From contig JAZLIA010000081.1 in the NCBI GenBank assembly GCA_045617125.1, forward strand, positions 1-24,036: a DNA stretch of 24,036 nucleotides. The letters run 5' to 3'. Numbering within the stretch: the first letter of the stretch is position 1; every line of letters starts with the position of its first letter. Of this stretch, positions 8,269 through 17,360 are shown one piece after another. The DNA comes from Clostridia bacterium. GTDB lineage: Bacteria > Bacillota > Clostridia > Christensenellales > Aristaeellaceae. The notes under the pieces are model-generated. The model was given only the letters and a program-made list of their open reading frames with translations, was not told the DNA's origin and made no database searches. Position numbers and translations under genes: made by a program.

Positions 8269-9307
8269 TCAGATACTCCCGCACAGCTGCGATCATTTCC
8301 TCGGCCAGGTCTCCCGTCAGCTTCCGGATGAAATTCCCATGAATATAAAGTGCCCCGCAGTTGTCACCGCCGCAAAGCGCCACATCTGCTCCCCTGGCTT
8401 CGCCAGGACCGTTCACAACGCAGCCCATAACAGCGATCTTAACAGGTACATTCACGTTTTCAAATTCTTTCTTCACTCTTCTGGCGATATCGGGAACATT
8501 GATCCTGGTACGCCCGCAGGTGGGACAGGAAATAAACTGGATACCCGGGCGGATCTCCAGTGCCCTCAGGATATCCATAGCCGCACCCGGTTCCTCAAGA
8601 GGATCTCCTGTCAGTGAAACACGCATCGTATCACCGATTCCGTCAACCAGAAGCGATCCGATGCCAATGGCGCTCTTAATCGTTCCAAGGCCCGGCAATC
8701 CGGCTTCGGTCACGCCCAGATGAAGAGGATAATCGCAGCTCCTGGAAGCAAGTCTGTAAGCTTCCACCGTGGTTTTCACATCGCTGGCCTTCATCGAAAG
8801 CACGATATCATAAAAGCCCGCTTTCTCAAGCAGCCTGGCATGCCTCAGTGCGCTCTCCACCATTCCCTCGGCGGTCACTCCACCGTACTTTTCCATAATA
8901 TCCTTTTCGAGAGAACCGGAATTGACCCCTATCCGAATAGGCACATGGTGAACTTTTGCACAATCCGCAACCAGATTCACTTTCTCGTCCCCACCAATGT
9001 TACCCGGATTGATACGAAGCTTATGGATGCCGTTTTCCATGGCTCCAACAGCCAGTCTGGAATCAAAATGAATATCCGCCACCAAAGGAACGGGACTTTG
9101 ATCCACCAAAGTGCGCACCGCTCCCACACACAGCCTGTCATAAACAGACAAACGAACCAGATCACAGCCTGCAGCAGAAAGCGCGCGGATCTGTTCAAGA
9201 GTAGCATTCACATCCCGTGTATCTGTATTGGTCATGGATTGAACACTCACCGGTGCTCCACCACCAATTGTAATGTTGCCAACCTTAACTGAATATTTGC
9301 TTGCCAT
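8258..9307 (-). CDS. ispG: 4-hydroxy-3-methylbut-2-en-1-yl diphosphate synthase (flavodoxin), MEP pathway
   Basis: 349 aa with RINPGNIG, ISCPTCGRT and MGCVVNGPGEA, the Cys ligands of the [4Fe-4S] cluster. Confidence 0.93.
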   Translation of the reverse strand: MASKYSVKVGNITIGGGAPVSVQSMTNTDTRDVNATLEQIRALSAAGCDLVRLSVYDRLCVGAVRTLVDQSPVPLVADIHFDSRLAVGAMENGIHKLRINPGNIGGDEKVNLVADCAKVHHVPIRIGVNSGSLEKDIMEKYGGVTAEGMVESALRHARLLEKAGFYDIVLSMKASDVKTTVEAYRLASRSCDYPLHLGVTEAGLPGLGTIKSAIGIGSLLVDGIGDTMRVSLTGDPLEEPGAAMDILRALEIRPGIQFISCPTCGRTRINVPDIARRVKKEFENVNVPVKIAVMGCVVNGPGEARGADVALCGGDNCGALYIHGNFIRKLTGDLAEEMIAAVREYLNDL

Positions 9308-9331
9308 ATTCCCTCCGAATATACTTATGTA

Positions 9332-10426
9332 TCAGAATAAACGTAAAACATCCTGACATGAACACAGAATGATCAGGCCAAAGAGCAGCACATAACCGCA
9401 AAGATGAATGATCGCCTCTATCTTCTGGTTCACAGGCTTTCCGCGTATTGCTTCCACCAGCAGGAACACCACCCTGCTGCCGTCAAGGCCCGGGATCGGG
9501 ATCAGATTGAAAAGCCCCAGGTTCACAGAAATAATGATCAATAGTTCCACATAAGCGGTAATTCCATAATCTCTCGTTGCTTCTGCAACAGTAGACACGA
9601 TCCCAATAGGACCGGATGCATTGCTCGTGAAGCTGCTCCAGCTGCTGAACAAACTGCCTAATCCCTTCAGGATCGATCCGCCCGTATCGATCATATAGCG
9701 AAAGCTGTTTCCGAAAAGCGAACCCAGAGAGTTGATCTGTTCGATCTTTGCCTGCGGAGCATAACTGATTCCGACACGGTAGCCCCCCTCAGCTGGATCG
9801 AGGCGCGGGTAAACTCTGAGCACGGTTTCTTCACCGTTCCTCAGAACAGTCACCGTTACGCCTTCTTCACCGCCCGTATAAGCAGAAAAAAGCTCGCTTG
9901 TTCTGTATCCGCTTTCGGTTCCATAGCCAACCGCGTTTTGACCATCAATCAGAAGGATCTGATCCTCCGGCTGCAAACCGGCTTGTGCAGCCGGGCTTCC
10001 TTCATCAACACTGATGATCACGCAGGGCTTCGTCATATCGGGCTCCCCATAGGAAATTCGCCCAAGGCACATCAAAAAGATCAAACACACAAGAAAAGCG
10101 GAAATAAAGTTCATCATCGGTCCCATCACAATGGCAAACATTCTTTTCCATACATTCTGCCTGTATAAACTGCGGGGATCGCTTTGATCTGCTGACGGAT
10201 CATCCTCTCCATAATACATGCAGTAGCCGCCGGCAGGGATCGCACGCAGCACAAAAAGAGTGTCATACTTCTTTGATTTTCTGCTTGTCAGTTTCGGACC
10301 GAAGCCGATCCCAAATTCCTTTACAGGTATACCGGTCATCCGGGATGCCCAAAAATGCCCTGCTTCATGGATCAGGACCATCATTCCCAGCATAAGCAAT
10401 GCCAGGATCACATAAACAAAGATCAT
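9332..10426 (-). CDS. rseP: RIP (site-2) zinc metalloprotease RseP/RasP family
   Basis: 364 aa with an N-terminal TM segment containing HEAGH (HExxH), a central PDZ-like segment and NLIPIPGLDGS (NxxPxxxLDG). Its start overlaps the dxr stop by 4 nt. Confidence 0.9.
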   Translation of the reverse strand: MIFVYVILALLMLGMMVLIHEAGHFWASRMTGIPVKEFGIGFGPKLTSRKSKKYDTLFVLRAIPAGGYCMYYGEDDPSADQSDPRSLYRQNVWKRMFAIVMGPMMNFISAFLVCLIFLMCLGRISYGEPDMTKPCVIISVDEGSPAAQAGLQPEDQILLIDGQNAVGYGTESGYRTSELFSAYTGGEEGVTVTVLRNGEETVLRVYPRLDPAEGGYRVGISYAPQAKIEQINSLGSLFGNSFRYMIDTGGSILKGLGSLFSSWSSFTSNASGPIGIVSTVAEATRDYGITAYVELLIIISVNLGLFNLIPIPGLDGSRVVFLLVEAIRGKPVNQKIEAIIHLCGYVLLFGLIILCSCQDVLRLF

Positions 10427-11577
10427 CTTTTCTCCTGTCTGATCAATTCTTCAGCTTTATTCCGCGCGGCCTTGTCCGCCGCCAATATAGCATCATAGCT
10501 TTCCGCATTTTTCACCGGAACCGCTCCAAGCGTATCTTCCACGATCTCTTCTATGCGCCCAAAGGGAATTCGCCGGTCAAGAAATGCAAATACCGCCATT
10601 TCATTCGCTGCATTCAGCATGCACGGAGCCGTTCCGCCTTCCCTCAGCACCTCGTAAGCCAACCTGATCGCATGGAATTTTTCGGTATCAGGTTCTTCAA
10701 AGGTAAGTTGTCTTATAAGATCAAAATCCACCTTGGGGATCCCGGTTTCCCATCTTTGCGGATAACTCATTGCATAAAGGATCGGAAGCCGCATATCTGG
10801 AAAACCAAGCTGTGCCTTGATGCCTCCATCCGCAAACTCGACCATCGAATGGACCACCGACTGCGGATGAACAACTACCCTGATCTGTTCCGGTTCAGCC
10901 CCGAAAAGCCATTTAGCTTCGATCACTTCGAGGGCTTTGTTGAACATACTGGCACTGTCTACTGTGATCTTGCTGCCCATGCTCCAGGTAGGATGACCAA
11001 GAGCCTGTTCTACCGTGGCATTCCGGATCCTTGCCTTATCCCAGGTGCGGAAAGGCCCGCCAGAAGCAGTTAGCCAGATACGGCTGAGCGGGTTTTCCTC
11101 TTCCCCTTTCAGACACTGGAATATCGCGCTGTGTTCACTGTCCACCGGAAGAAGGACCGGTCCCTTCTCATCCGGTGCACACATTTTCATCACAAGCTCA
11201 CCGCCGGCAACCAGAGTCTCCTTATTGGCAAGAAGCACTCTTTTTCCATGCTTCCTCGCAGTAAGTACGGAACTTAGTCCCACAACTCCAACAACTGCAG
11301 CCAGCACGGTATCATTGCTTTCATCTGCGGCGATCTTTTCAAGCGCTGAGGGACCAAAGTACCATTCCCGCCCCTTCAGATCATCCGGGATCTGCGTTTC
11401 TCCGCTTGTCAGAGCCAGAACCTCCGCTCCCGTCTCCCGTGCCTGCTGAAAAAGAAGCTCGCTGTTTCTGTGGGCACATAGTGCAGTCACTTTGTATTTA
11501 TCCCGATGTAATGAGGCAACCTGCAGTGCCTGACGGCCGATGGAACCGGTAGAACCAAGTATTGCCATTCTGTGCAT
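10423..11577 (-). CDS. dxr: 1-deoxy-D-xylulose 5-phosphate reductoisomerase
   Basis: 384 aa with ILGSTGSIG (NADPH binding), LANKETLV, DSEHSAIFQC and HPTWSMGSKITVDSA. GGAGGA lies 8 nt upstream of the ATG. Confidence 0.95.
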   Translation of the reverse strand: MHRMAILGSTGSIGRQALQVASLHRDKYKVTALCAHRNSELLFQQARETGAEVLALTSGETQIPDDLKGREWYFGPSALEKIAADESNDTVLAAVVGVVGLSSVLTARKHGKRVLLANKETLVAGGELVMKMCAPDEKGPVLLPVDSEHSAIFQCLKGEEENPLSRIWLTASGGPFRTWDKARIRNATVEQALGHPTWSMGSKITVDSASMFNKALEVIEAKWLFGAEPEQIRVVVHPQSVVHSMVEFADGGIKAQLGFPDMRLPILYAMSYPQRWETGIPKVDFDLIRQLTFEEPDTEKFHAIRLAYEVLREGGTAPCMLNAANEMAVFAFLDRRIPFGRIEEIVEDTLGAVPVKNAESYDAILAADKAARNKAEELIRQEKR

Positions 11578-11669
11578 GGTATCTATCCTCCGCAGAAATT
11601 TAATGATGAAAAGGATCGGGGCACGGTTTCATAAACAGATCATCCCCTATATGTCTCCGGAGCTGAAAA

Positions 11670-12500
11670 TTACTGCAGACCCGGCAGTACACAGTTGGTA
11701 AAAATATATACAACGACTGTGGCCCAATAGGTACTGTCCAGGCGATCCATCATACCGCCGTGTCCCGGGAAGATCGAACCATAATCCTTTACTTCACAGT
11801 AGCGTTTTATCATGGATGCGAAAAGATCGCCTGCCTGTCCTGCAATGCCCCCGATCAAACCGACGAGCATATAGTTCCACAAAGGAAAAATCCCCTGATC
11901 CTGATTAGTCAGGTTCTTTACAGCGATCCAGAGCAGCAAAGAAAACAGGATGCTGCCAAACAGCCCCGCCACTGCGCCTTCCACTGTTTTATTGGGGCTT
12001 ACCATCGGGCAAAGCTTTCTGTTTCCAAAGCGTTTGCCAAAGAAATAGGCGGTCATATCTCCGAACAAGGGTACGCCAAAGGCCAGAAGGATCATGGGAA
12101 CCTGAATGGTTCTGTCCGGCAGCTTGTTTAACCCCAGCATACACATTCCCGGAAGCAGTACAGCAACCAAAGGAAGGCAGGATGCCAGAAGATCATCCAG
12201 TCTCGGCTGAGAACGGATCATGATCATCACCGTGATCATCAGTACAGCACCGGCGACAATAGACAGAATCAATGTGATAGAAGTCTTGATCTCCATAAAA
12301 AGCGGGATGGAAATCACCATACTCAGCCACACCGGCCATTCAGCGCATATGATCCCTTTTGTTCTCAGAGCCCTGTATATTTCAAATATGCATAAGCCCA
12401 TTGATGCAACGAAAAGCACCGAAAAAACATAACCTCCGAAATAAACCATCACAAATAAAACAAGAGCTAAAATGGTTCCGGTGATCATCCTTTTTTTCAA
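11670..12500 (-). CDS. cdsA: Phosphatidate cytidylyltransferase (CDP-diglyceride synthase)
   Basis: 276 aa, polytopic membrane protein. The C-terminal signature is SMIKRYCEVKDYGSIFPGHGGMMDRLDS. There is a 4-nt overlap with uppS. Confidence 0.9.
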   Translation of the reverse strand: MKKRMITGTILALVLFVMVYFGGYVFSVLFVASMGLCIFEIYRALRTKGIICAEWPVWLSMVISIPLFMEIKTSITLILSIVAGAVLMITVMIMIRSQPRLDDLLASCLPLVAVLLPGMCMLGLNKLPDRTIQVPMILLAFGVPLFGDMTAYFFGKRFGNRKLCPMVSPNKTVEGAVAGLFGSILFSLLLWIAVKNLTNQDQGIFPLWNYMLVGLIGGIAGQAGDLFASMIKRYCEVKDYGSIFPGHGGMMDRLDSTYWATVVVYIFTNCVLPGLQ

Positions 12501-13210
12501 CTGTTTCTTCCTCCAAACCTTCTGTCCCGTTTCATATAGCTTTCCAAAGCCCTGCGATATTCATCCAAAGTAAAATCCGGCCACAATACCGATGGAAAAA
12601 CAAATTCAGCATAAGCACACTGATAAAGCAGAAAATTACTCAGCCGCATTTCTCCGCTTGTACGGATCAAGAGATCCACATCCGGCAGTCCTGCCGTATA
12701 CAAGTGCTTTGAAATAGTTTCTTCATTGATCATGTCAGGAGAAAGAGCACCGGCGCCCACTTCTTCACTGATCTCCCGAACCGCCTTCACGATCTCTGCC
12801 CGGGCGCCGTAATTGATCGCGATATTCAGTCTCAGTCCTGTGTTGTAACGGGTGATCTCCTCCGCATTTTTCAGGGCTTTTCTTTGCGGAACCGGAAGAC
12901 CGTCTTTATCTCCCAATATGCGTATGCATACATTCTTTTCGTTCAGTTCATCGATCTCGGATGTGAAAAATTCCAGCAGAAGCCCCATCAGGGCATTCAC
13001 TTCATCCGGATCTCTTTTCCAGTTTTCAGTGGAAAAAGCATACAGGGACAGGGCCCCGATCCCGATATCGCTGCTTTCGCGAATGATATCCCGGAGCGTC
13101 TCCACTCCTCTGCGATGTCCCAGTGCAATCTTCAGTTTATTCTTTTTAGCCCATCTTCCGTTGCCGTCCATAATAATGGCAACGTGAGCCGGTAATGCTT
13201 TCTCACTCAT
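12497..13210 (-). CDS. uppS: Isoprenyl transferase / undecaprenyl diphosphate synthase
   Basis: 237 aa with HVAIIMDGNGRWA and RTSGEMRLSNFLLYQCAYAEF, the cis-prenyltransferase signatures. Confidence 0.95.
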   Translation of the reverse strand: MSEKALPAHVAIIMDGNGRWAKKNKLKIALGHRRGVETLRDIIRESSDIGIGALSLYAFSTENWKRDPDEVNALMGLLLEFFTSEIDELNEKNVCIRILGDKDGLPVPQRKALKNAEEITRYNTGLRLNIAINYGARAEIVKAVREISEEVGAGALSPDMINEETISKHLYTAGLPDVDLLIRTSGEMRLSNFLLYQCAYAEFVFPSVLWPDFTLDEYRRALESYMKRDRRFGGRNS

Positions 13211-13430
13211 CCGTACATACCGTTTCTTCCGCTAAACTTGTCTGGAACCAGGCTGCAATCAGGATACTCCCCTTTTGCATCACCACCCGGCTCTCGCGGG
13301 GTCTTTCCGCAAAAATCTCTTTTTTCTTATTGCTTTCAGGGGCAGATGTATAAACCACCTGCCCCTGAATTCCTTCCTGCCGCATCAGCTGCAGGGCTTT
13401 ATCGATTTTAAGACCCGTCAGATCTGTCAT
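13203..13430 (-). CDS. Hypothetical 75-aa protein, possibly a single PASTA-like alpha/beta domain
   Basis: ATG start. GGAGG lies 4 nt upstream, inside the frr 3' end. TGATG gives a stop/start overlap with frr, and there is an 8-nt overlap with the uppS start, which itself has no good SD. The sequence DLTGLKIDKALQLMRQEGIQGQVVY...RVVMQKGSILIAAW resembles the PASTA pattern. No signal peptide or TM segment. Confidence 0.5.
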   Translation of the reverse strand: MTDLTGLKIDKALQLMRQEGIQGQVVYTSAPESNKKKEIFAERPRESRVVMQKGSILIAAWFQTSLAEETVCTDE

Positions 13431-13987
13431 CAGACCTCCATGATCTCCTTTTCTTTATCGGCAGCAACTTTATCGATATCCTTGATGATGCTGTCCGTTA
13501 CCTTCTGCATTTCGTCTTCAGCCTTATGCTGATCGTCTTCTGTGATAACGGAATCCTTCTTCATTTTCTTGATCTGCTCGATCGCATCTCTGCGCATTCC
13601 GCGTACAGCCACCTTGGCTTCCTCAGCGCCCTTACGGACGATCTTAGTGAGTTCCTTGCGACGTTCCTCATTCAGTTCAGGAACGACCAAGCGGATCAGC
13701 TTACCATCATTGGAAGGATTGAGGCCCAGATCACTCTTCAGAATGGCCTTTTCCACCAGTGGGATCGCCTTGGGATCCCAAAGAGAGATCGTGAGCAGAC
13801 GGGGCTCGGGAGACATGATATTTCCTATCTGCTTCAGCGGAGTCTGGGTACCATAATAATCCACCATGATCCTGTCGAGGATCTGAGGATTGGCACGACC
13901 GGCGCGCAGGGAAAGCATATCCCGCCTGTAAAACTCAACGGTCTTGTTCATTTTTTCTTTTGCGGCATCGATCACCTGTTTGTACAT
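13430..13987 (-). CDS. frr: Ribosome recycling factor
   Basis: 185 aa with RANPQILDRIMVDYYGTQTPLKQ, LTISLWD and IRLVVPELNEERRKEL. GAGGAGG lies upstream of the ATG. Confidence 0.95.
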   Translation of the reverse strand: MYKQVIDAAKEKMNKTVEFYRRDMLSLRAGRANPQILDRIMVDYYGTQTPLKQIGNIMSPEPRLLTISLWDPKAIPLVEKAILKSDLGLNPSNDGKLIRLVVPELNEERRKELTKIVRKGAEEAKVAVRGMRRDAIEQIKKMKKDSVITEDDQHKAEDEMQKVTDSIIKDIDKVAADKEKEIMEV

Positions 13988-14016
13988 CGTGAAAACCTCC
14001 TCGCTTTTGTGCCTTT

Positions 14017-14045
14017 ATTTTAACCGTTTCCGGTAATATTGGCAA
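14017..14045 (-). promoter_or_regulatory. Putative sigma-A promoter of the frr-uppS-cdsA-dxr... operon
   Basis: On the minus strand: TTGCCA (14045-14040), a 17-nt spacer, then TAAAAT (14022-14017). It lies about 30 nt upstream of the frr ATG. Confidence 0.45.
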
Positions 14046-14087
14046 GTATTTTTTGTGCCGAAACAGAAGACGGAACAATCTGCTCCC

Positions 14088-15257
14088 TTAATCGGAATAG
14101 TAATCTCTGTCATACCGGATCACACAATGGTGCCGGGAATCCAACTTTGCGGCAAAAGCAACGATCTTTTCGTTTATTTCTTTCTCGTCTTTCACTTCCG
14201 AAGGAAGAAGCACATCAAATATCAGGTTTATCTGTTTTTCTCCCGGAACTCTTCGAAAATCATGAAGGCACAGAGGCGGTTTCATCTTTCCAATAAATTC
14301 TGTTATCTGTTTGCGGATTTCTTCCGTCTCTTCGTCACCGGTCACGATCGGATCCATATGGATACAGATCGGGATGTTCAGCGTTTTCAGAATATCGCTT
14401 TCAGCACGATCGATCACCTCATGGATCTCAACAATATTGCAGTCTGCATCCACCTCGGCATGAACGCTGGCCATACACCGTCCCGGACCGTAATCATGCA
14501 GCACAAAATCATGAATTCCATTGATACCGTCATACGAAAGCAGCAGTCTGATCACTTTCTGCCCCAATTCTTTATCAGGCTTTCCCCCAAGCAAACGGTC
14601 AACCATATCTTTGAGCACTCCGCATCCTGCTTTCAAAACAAGAAGCGCCACCAGAAGTCCGATATAACCATCAAGATTGATCCCAAACAGCATTGCAATA
14701 ACCATCGCGATCAACACCGCAGAGGTCGCCATCACATCGCTCAGGCTGTCACTTCCGGCAGCAAGCATTGCAGGATTTTCATATTCCATTCCGATATAAC
14801 GGTATACCCGCCACAGAAACAGCTTGAACAGAATGCCTGCGATAAGACAGATAACGGCAATCACACTGAACACCGGCATTTCAGGATGAAGGATACTCTC
14901 GACCGCAGATTTGAACAATTCCACTGCAAACACAACGATCAGCACGCCGACCCCGAGCGCACCGATGTATTCGATTCTTCCATGGCCGAAGGGATGATCC
15001 TTATCATAGGGTTTCTGAGCCAGACGCACCGACACCAATGCCACCAGAGACCCTCCCGCATCGGAAAGATTGTTGAAGCCGTCCGCTGTTACGGCAACCG
15101 ATCCGGTAATGGTGCCCAGCAATATTTTCATCACCGCAAGCAGTATATTAACGGAAAGTCCTGTGATGGAACCCACTGTTCCCGCCCTCTGACGGTTTTG
15201 CTGAGACCGTTTGTTATCCTGTTCCTTCATGAACAGCTTTACAAACCATTTACTCAT
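14088..15257 (-). CDS. Cation diffusion facilitator (CDF) family divalent-metal efflux transporter
   Basis: 389 aa with six predicted TM helices: TM2 ADGFNNLSD, DHPFGHGRIEYIGAL and TM5 SDSLSD. A C-terminal cytoplasmic domain follows (IHDFVLHDYGPG...HMDP). Confidence 0.9.
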   Translation of the reverse strand: MSKWFVKLFMKEQDNKRSQQNRQRAGTVGSITGLSVNILLAVMKILLGTITGSVAVTADGFNNLSDAGGSLVALVSVRLAQKPYDKDHPFGHGRIEYIGALGVGVLIVVFAVELFKSAVESILHPEMPVFSVIAVICLIAGILFKLFLWRVYRYIGMEYENPAMLAAGSDSLSDVMATSAVLIAMVIAMLFGINLDGYIGLLVALLVLKAGCGVLKDMVDRLLGGKPDKELGQKVIRLLLSYDGINGIHDFVLHDYGPGRCMASVHAEVDADCNIVEIHEVIDRAESDILKTLNIPICIHMDPIVTGDEETEEIRKQITEFIGKMKPPLCLHDFRRVPGEKQINLIFDVLLPSEVKDEKEINEKIVAFAAKLDSRHHCVIRYDRDYYSD

Positions 15258-15272
15258 TCACTTCACCTTTAT

Positions 15273-15303
15273 AAAAAGCCGGATCACATTTTCGCGATCC
15301 GGC
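15273..15303 (-). terminator. Rho-independent terminator downstream of rnfB
   Basis: Minus strand: GCCGGATC-GCGAAAATGT-GATCCGGC followed by TTTTTAT. That is an 8-bp GC-rich stem, a 10-nt loop and a U-tract, located 19 nt after the rnfB stop. Confidence 0.65.
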
Positions 15304-15321
15304 ATGATCCCTTTATGGAAT

Positions 15322-16116
15322 TTACTCCACGGTAATACACTTGGACACGCACACTTTGGCACATTCGCCGCAGCGGGTGCATTTGTCAACATCGATCCGG
15401 GCATAACCATCCACCACATGGATGGCATCGTATTTGCAGGTCTTTTCACAGCGCATGCAGCCTATGCAGGCCTTCATACATGCTTCCCTTGCAAGACGTC
15501 CCACATCACTGTTCTGACAGCGAACGAGCACACTGGAATTCTGGGGCTTAAGCTGGATCACATGGCGGGGGCATACATTGGCGCAGCTTCCGCAGGCAGT
15601 GCACTTATTCTGGTCGATCACTGCGAGGCCATGAACGATCTTGATCGCATCAAATTTGCACACCTTTACGCAATCGCCTAAACCCACACAGGCAAAACGG
15701 CAATTCTTCGGTCCGCCCGCCATCTGACTGGCCATCTGGCAGCTCTGGTATCCATCATAGATGTAACGTTCACGGGTTACACCGCATTCACCCTGACAGA
15801 TCACTCTTGCCACCATCGGTTCCTTATCAGTCACTTCAGCGCCCATGATCTCAGCGATCGCATTCGCCGTCTTGCTCCCACCGGCAGCACAGCCATCCAC
15901 AGGAGCCTTCCCCTCCACTACTGCCTGGGCAAAACCATCACAGCCGGGAAAACCGCATGCGCCGCAGTTGGCGCCCGCCAGGCAGGAACGCACCTTTTCC
16001 ACCCGTTCATCCACCTGAACATGAAACTTCTTGCTCGCAAAACTCAATACCAGGCCAAACCCGCCTCCGAGTACACCCAGAAGAAGGACCGCATAAAGTA
16101 TATTCTTGATATCCAT
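15322..16116 (-). CDS. rnfB: Rnf electron-transport complex subunit B (polyferredoxin)
   Basis: 264 aa with an N-terminal TM helix, CGACGFPGCDGFA and several CxxCxxCxxxCP ferredoxin motifs (for example CTACGSCANVCP and CTRCGECAKVC). Confidence 0.9.
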   Translation of the reverse strand: MDIKNILYAVLLLGVLGGGFGLVLSFASKKFHVQVDERVEKVRSCLAGANCGACGFPGCDGFAQAVVEGKAPVDGCAAGGSKTANAIAEIMGAEVTDKEPMVARVICQGECGVTRERYIYDGYQSCQMASQMAGGPKNCRFACVGLGDCVKVCKFDAIKIVHGLAVIDQNKCTACGSCANVCPRHVIQLKPQNSSVLVRCQNSDVGRLAREACMKACIGCMRCEKTCKYDAIHVVDGYARIDVDKCTRCGECAKVCVSKCITVE

Positions 16117-16128
16117 GTTCTGTCCTCC

Positions 16129-16719
16129 TTATTTGACCATGCCGGAGAAGCCCATGAATGCAATGGCCATAAGTCCGGCAATGATCAGACTGCTGGGAAA
16201 TCCCTTGAAGGTTTTAGGAATATCGGAGAATTCAAGCCGCTCACGCACACCCGCCATCAGTACGATCGCGAGCAGGAAGCCCACTCCGCCAAACACGCCG
16301 TTCAGTACACTTTCAAGCAGATTGTACTGATACTGGATATTATACAGCGTCACACCCAGCACAGCACAGTTGGTGGTGATCAGGGGAAGATAAATACCAA
16401 GTGAATTATAGAGCGCAGGCAGGCTTTTTTTCATGAACATTTCAACAAACTGCACCAGCGCAGCGATCACAAGAATGAATGCGATCGTTTGCATATAAGC
16501 CAAACCCAGCGTTTCCAGCAATTGATTGACAAACCAGGTGATCAGACTGGCAATGCCCATAACGAAGGTCACCGCGATGCCCATGCCGGCAGCTGTTTCC
16601 ACTTTTGATGAAACCCCCAGGAAGGGGCAGCAGCCGAGGAAACGGGAAAAGATAAAGTTATTGCAAAGCACGCAGTTCACAAGGAAAAGACAGAGGGTAC
16701 CGATATTAGTGATTCTCAC
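16129..16719 (-). CDS. rnfA: Rnf complex subunit A
   Basis: 196 aa membrane protein with FLGCCPFLGVS and LPLITTNCAVLG. It has a GTG start with AAGGAGG 7 nt upstream, and a GTGA overlap with the rnfE stop. Confidence 0.9.
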   Translation of the reverse strand: MRITNIGTLCLFLVNCVLCNNFIFSRFLGCCPFLGVSSKVETAAGMGIAVTFVMGIASLITWFVNQLLETLGLAYMQTIAFILVIAALVQFVEMFMKKSLPALYNSLGIYLPLITTNCAVLGVTLYNIQYQYNLLESVLNGVFGGVGFLLAIVLMAGVRERLEFSDIPKTFKGFPSSLIIAGLMAIAFMGFSGMVK

Positions 16720-17360
16720 AGCAATCCCTCCTTCTGTGCTTTTTTAGCAGCAACTTTTTCAGTGATCGTGTTGATGATGCCCAGCAGCAGACCAAAGGTG
16801 ATGAACCCTCCGGGAGCCAGAATGAACAGCAGCATCGGGTTGGACGCATATCCGACGCCCAGGATGTTCATGCCAAAGATCCCGCCGGTTCCGAGCAGCT
16901 CACGAATGGAACCGATCAAAGTCAGCGCACAGGTAAAACCAATTCCCATTCCAGCACCGTCCACAGCGGAAGCCAGCACCCCATTCTTGCTTGCAAAAGC
17001 TTCTGCACGGGCAAGAATGATGCAGTTGACAACGATCAAAGGAATAAAGATGCCAAGGGATTCATAAAGCGAAGGCAGGAAGGCCTGCATCAGCATCTGG
17101 ATCATGGTAACAAAGGTGCAGATCACAACGATGAAGCACGGAATGCGCACCTTATCCGGAATCACCTTTCTCAAAAGTGAGATGACCACATTGGAACCGA
17201 TCAGCACAAAGGTGGCTGCCAGACCCATACCCACACCGTTGATGGCTGCCGTGGTCACGGCAATCGTGGGACATGTGCCCAGCACCAGACGGAAAGTGGG
17301 GTTCTCGTTCAGCAAACCGTTCACAAAAACGCCGCTGAGGTTTTTTTCATTCTTAGGCAT
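16716..17360 (-). CDS. rnfE: Rnf complex subunit E
   Basis: 214 aa membrane protein with NPTFRLVLGTCPTIAVTT and IPLIVVNCIILARAEAFA. Its ATG lies inside the last codons of rnfD (8-nt overlap). Confidence 0.9.
   Translation of the reverse strand: MPKNEKNLSGVFVNGLLNENPTFRLVLGTCPTIAVTTAAINGVGMGLAATFVLIGSNVVISLLRKVIPDKVRIPCFIVVICTFVTMIQMLMQAFLPSLYESLGIFIPLIVVNCIILARAEAFASKNGVLASAVDGAGMGIGFTCALTLIGSIRELLGTGGIFGMNILGVGYASNPMLLFILAPGGFITFGLLLGIINTITEKVAAKKAQKEGLL

Noticed and set aside
3910-15335. Other long plus-strand ORFs: 3910-4866, 5305-6606, 8720-9292, 10399-11073, 14055-15335 and others.
   Set aside because: The explanation is the same. They are antisense to polC, ispG, rseP/dxr and the CDF gene, they lack SD sequences and recognisable motifs, and their composition is typical of reverse-complement reading of real genes.
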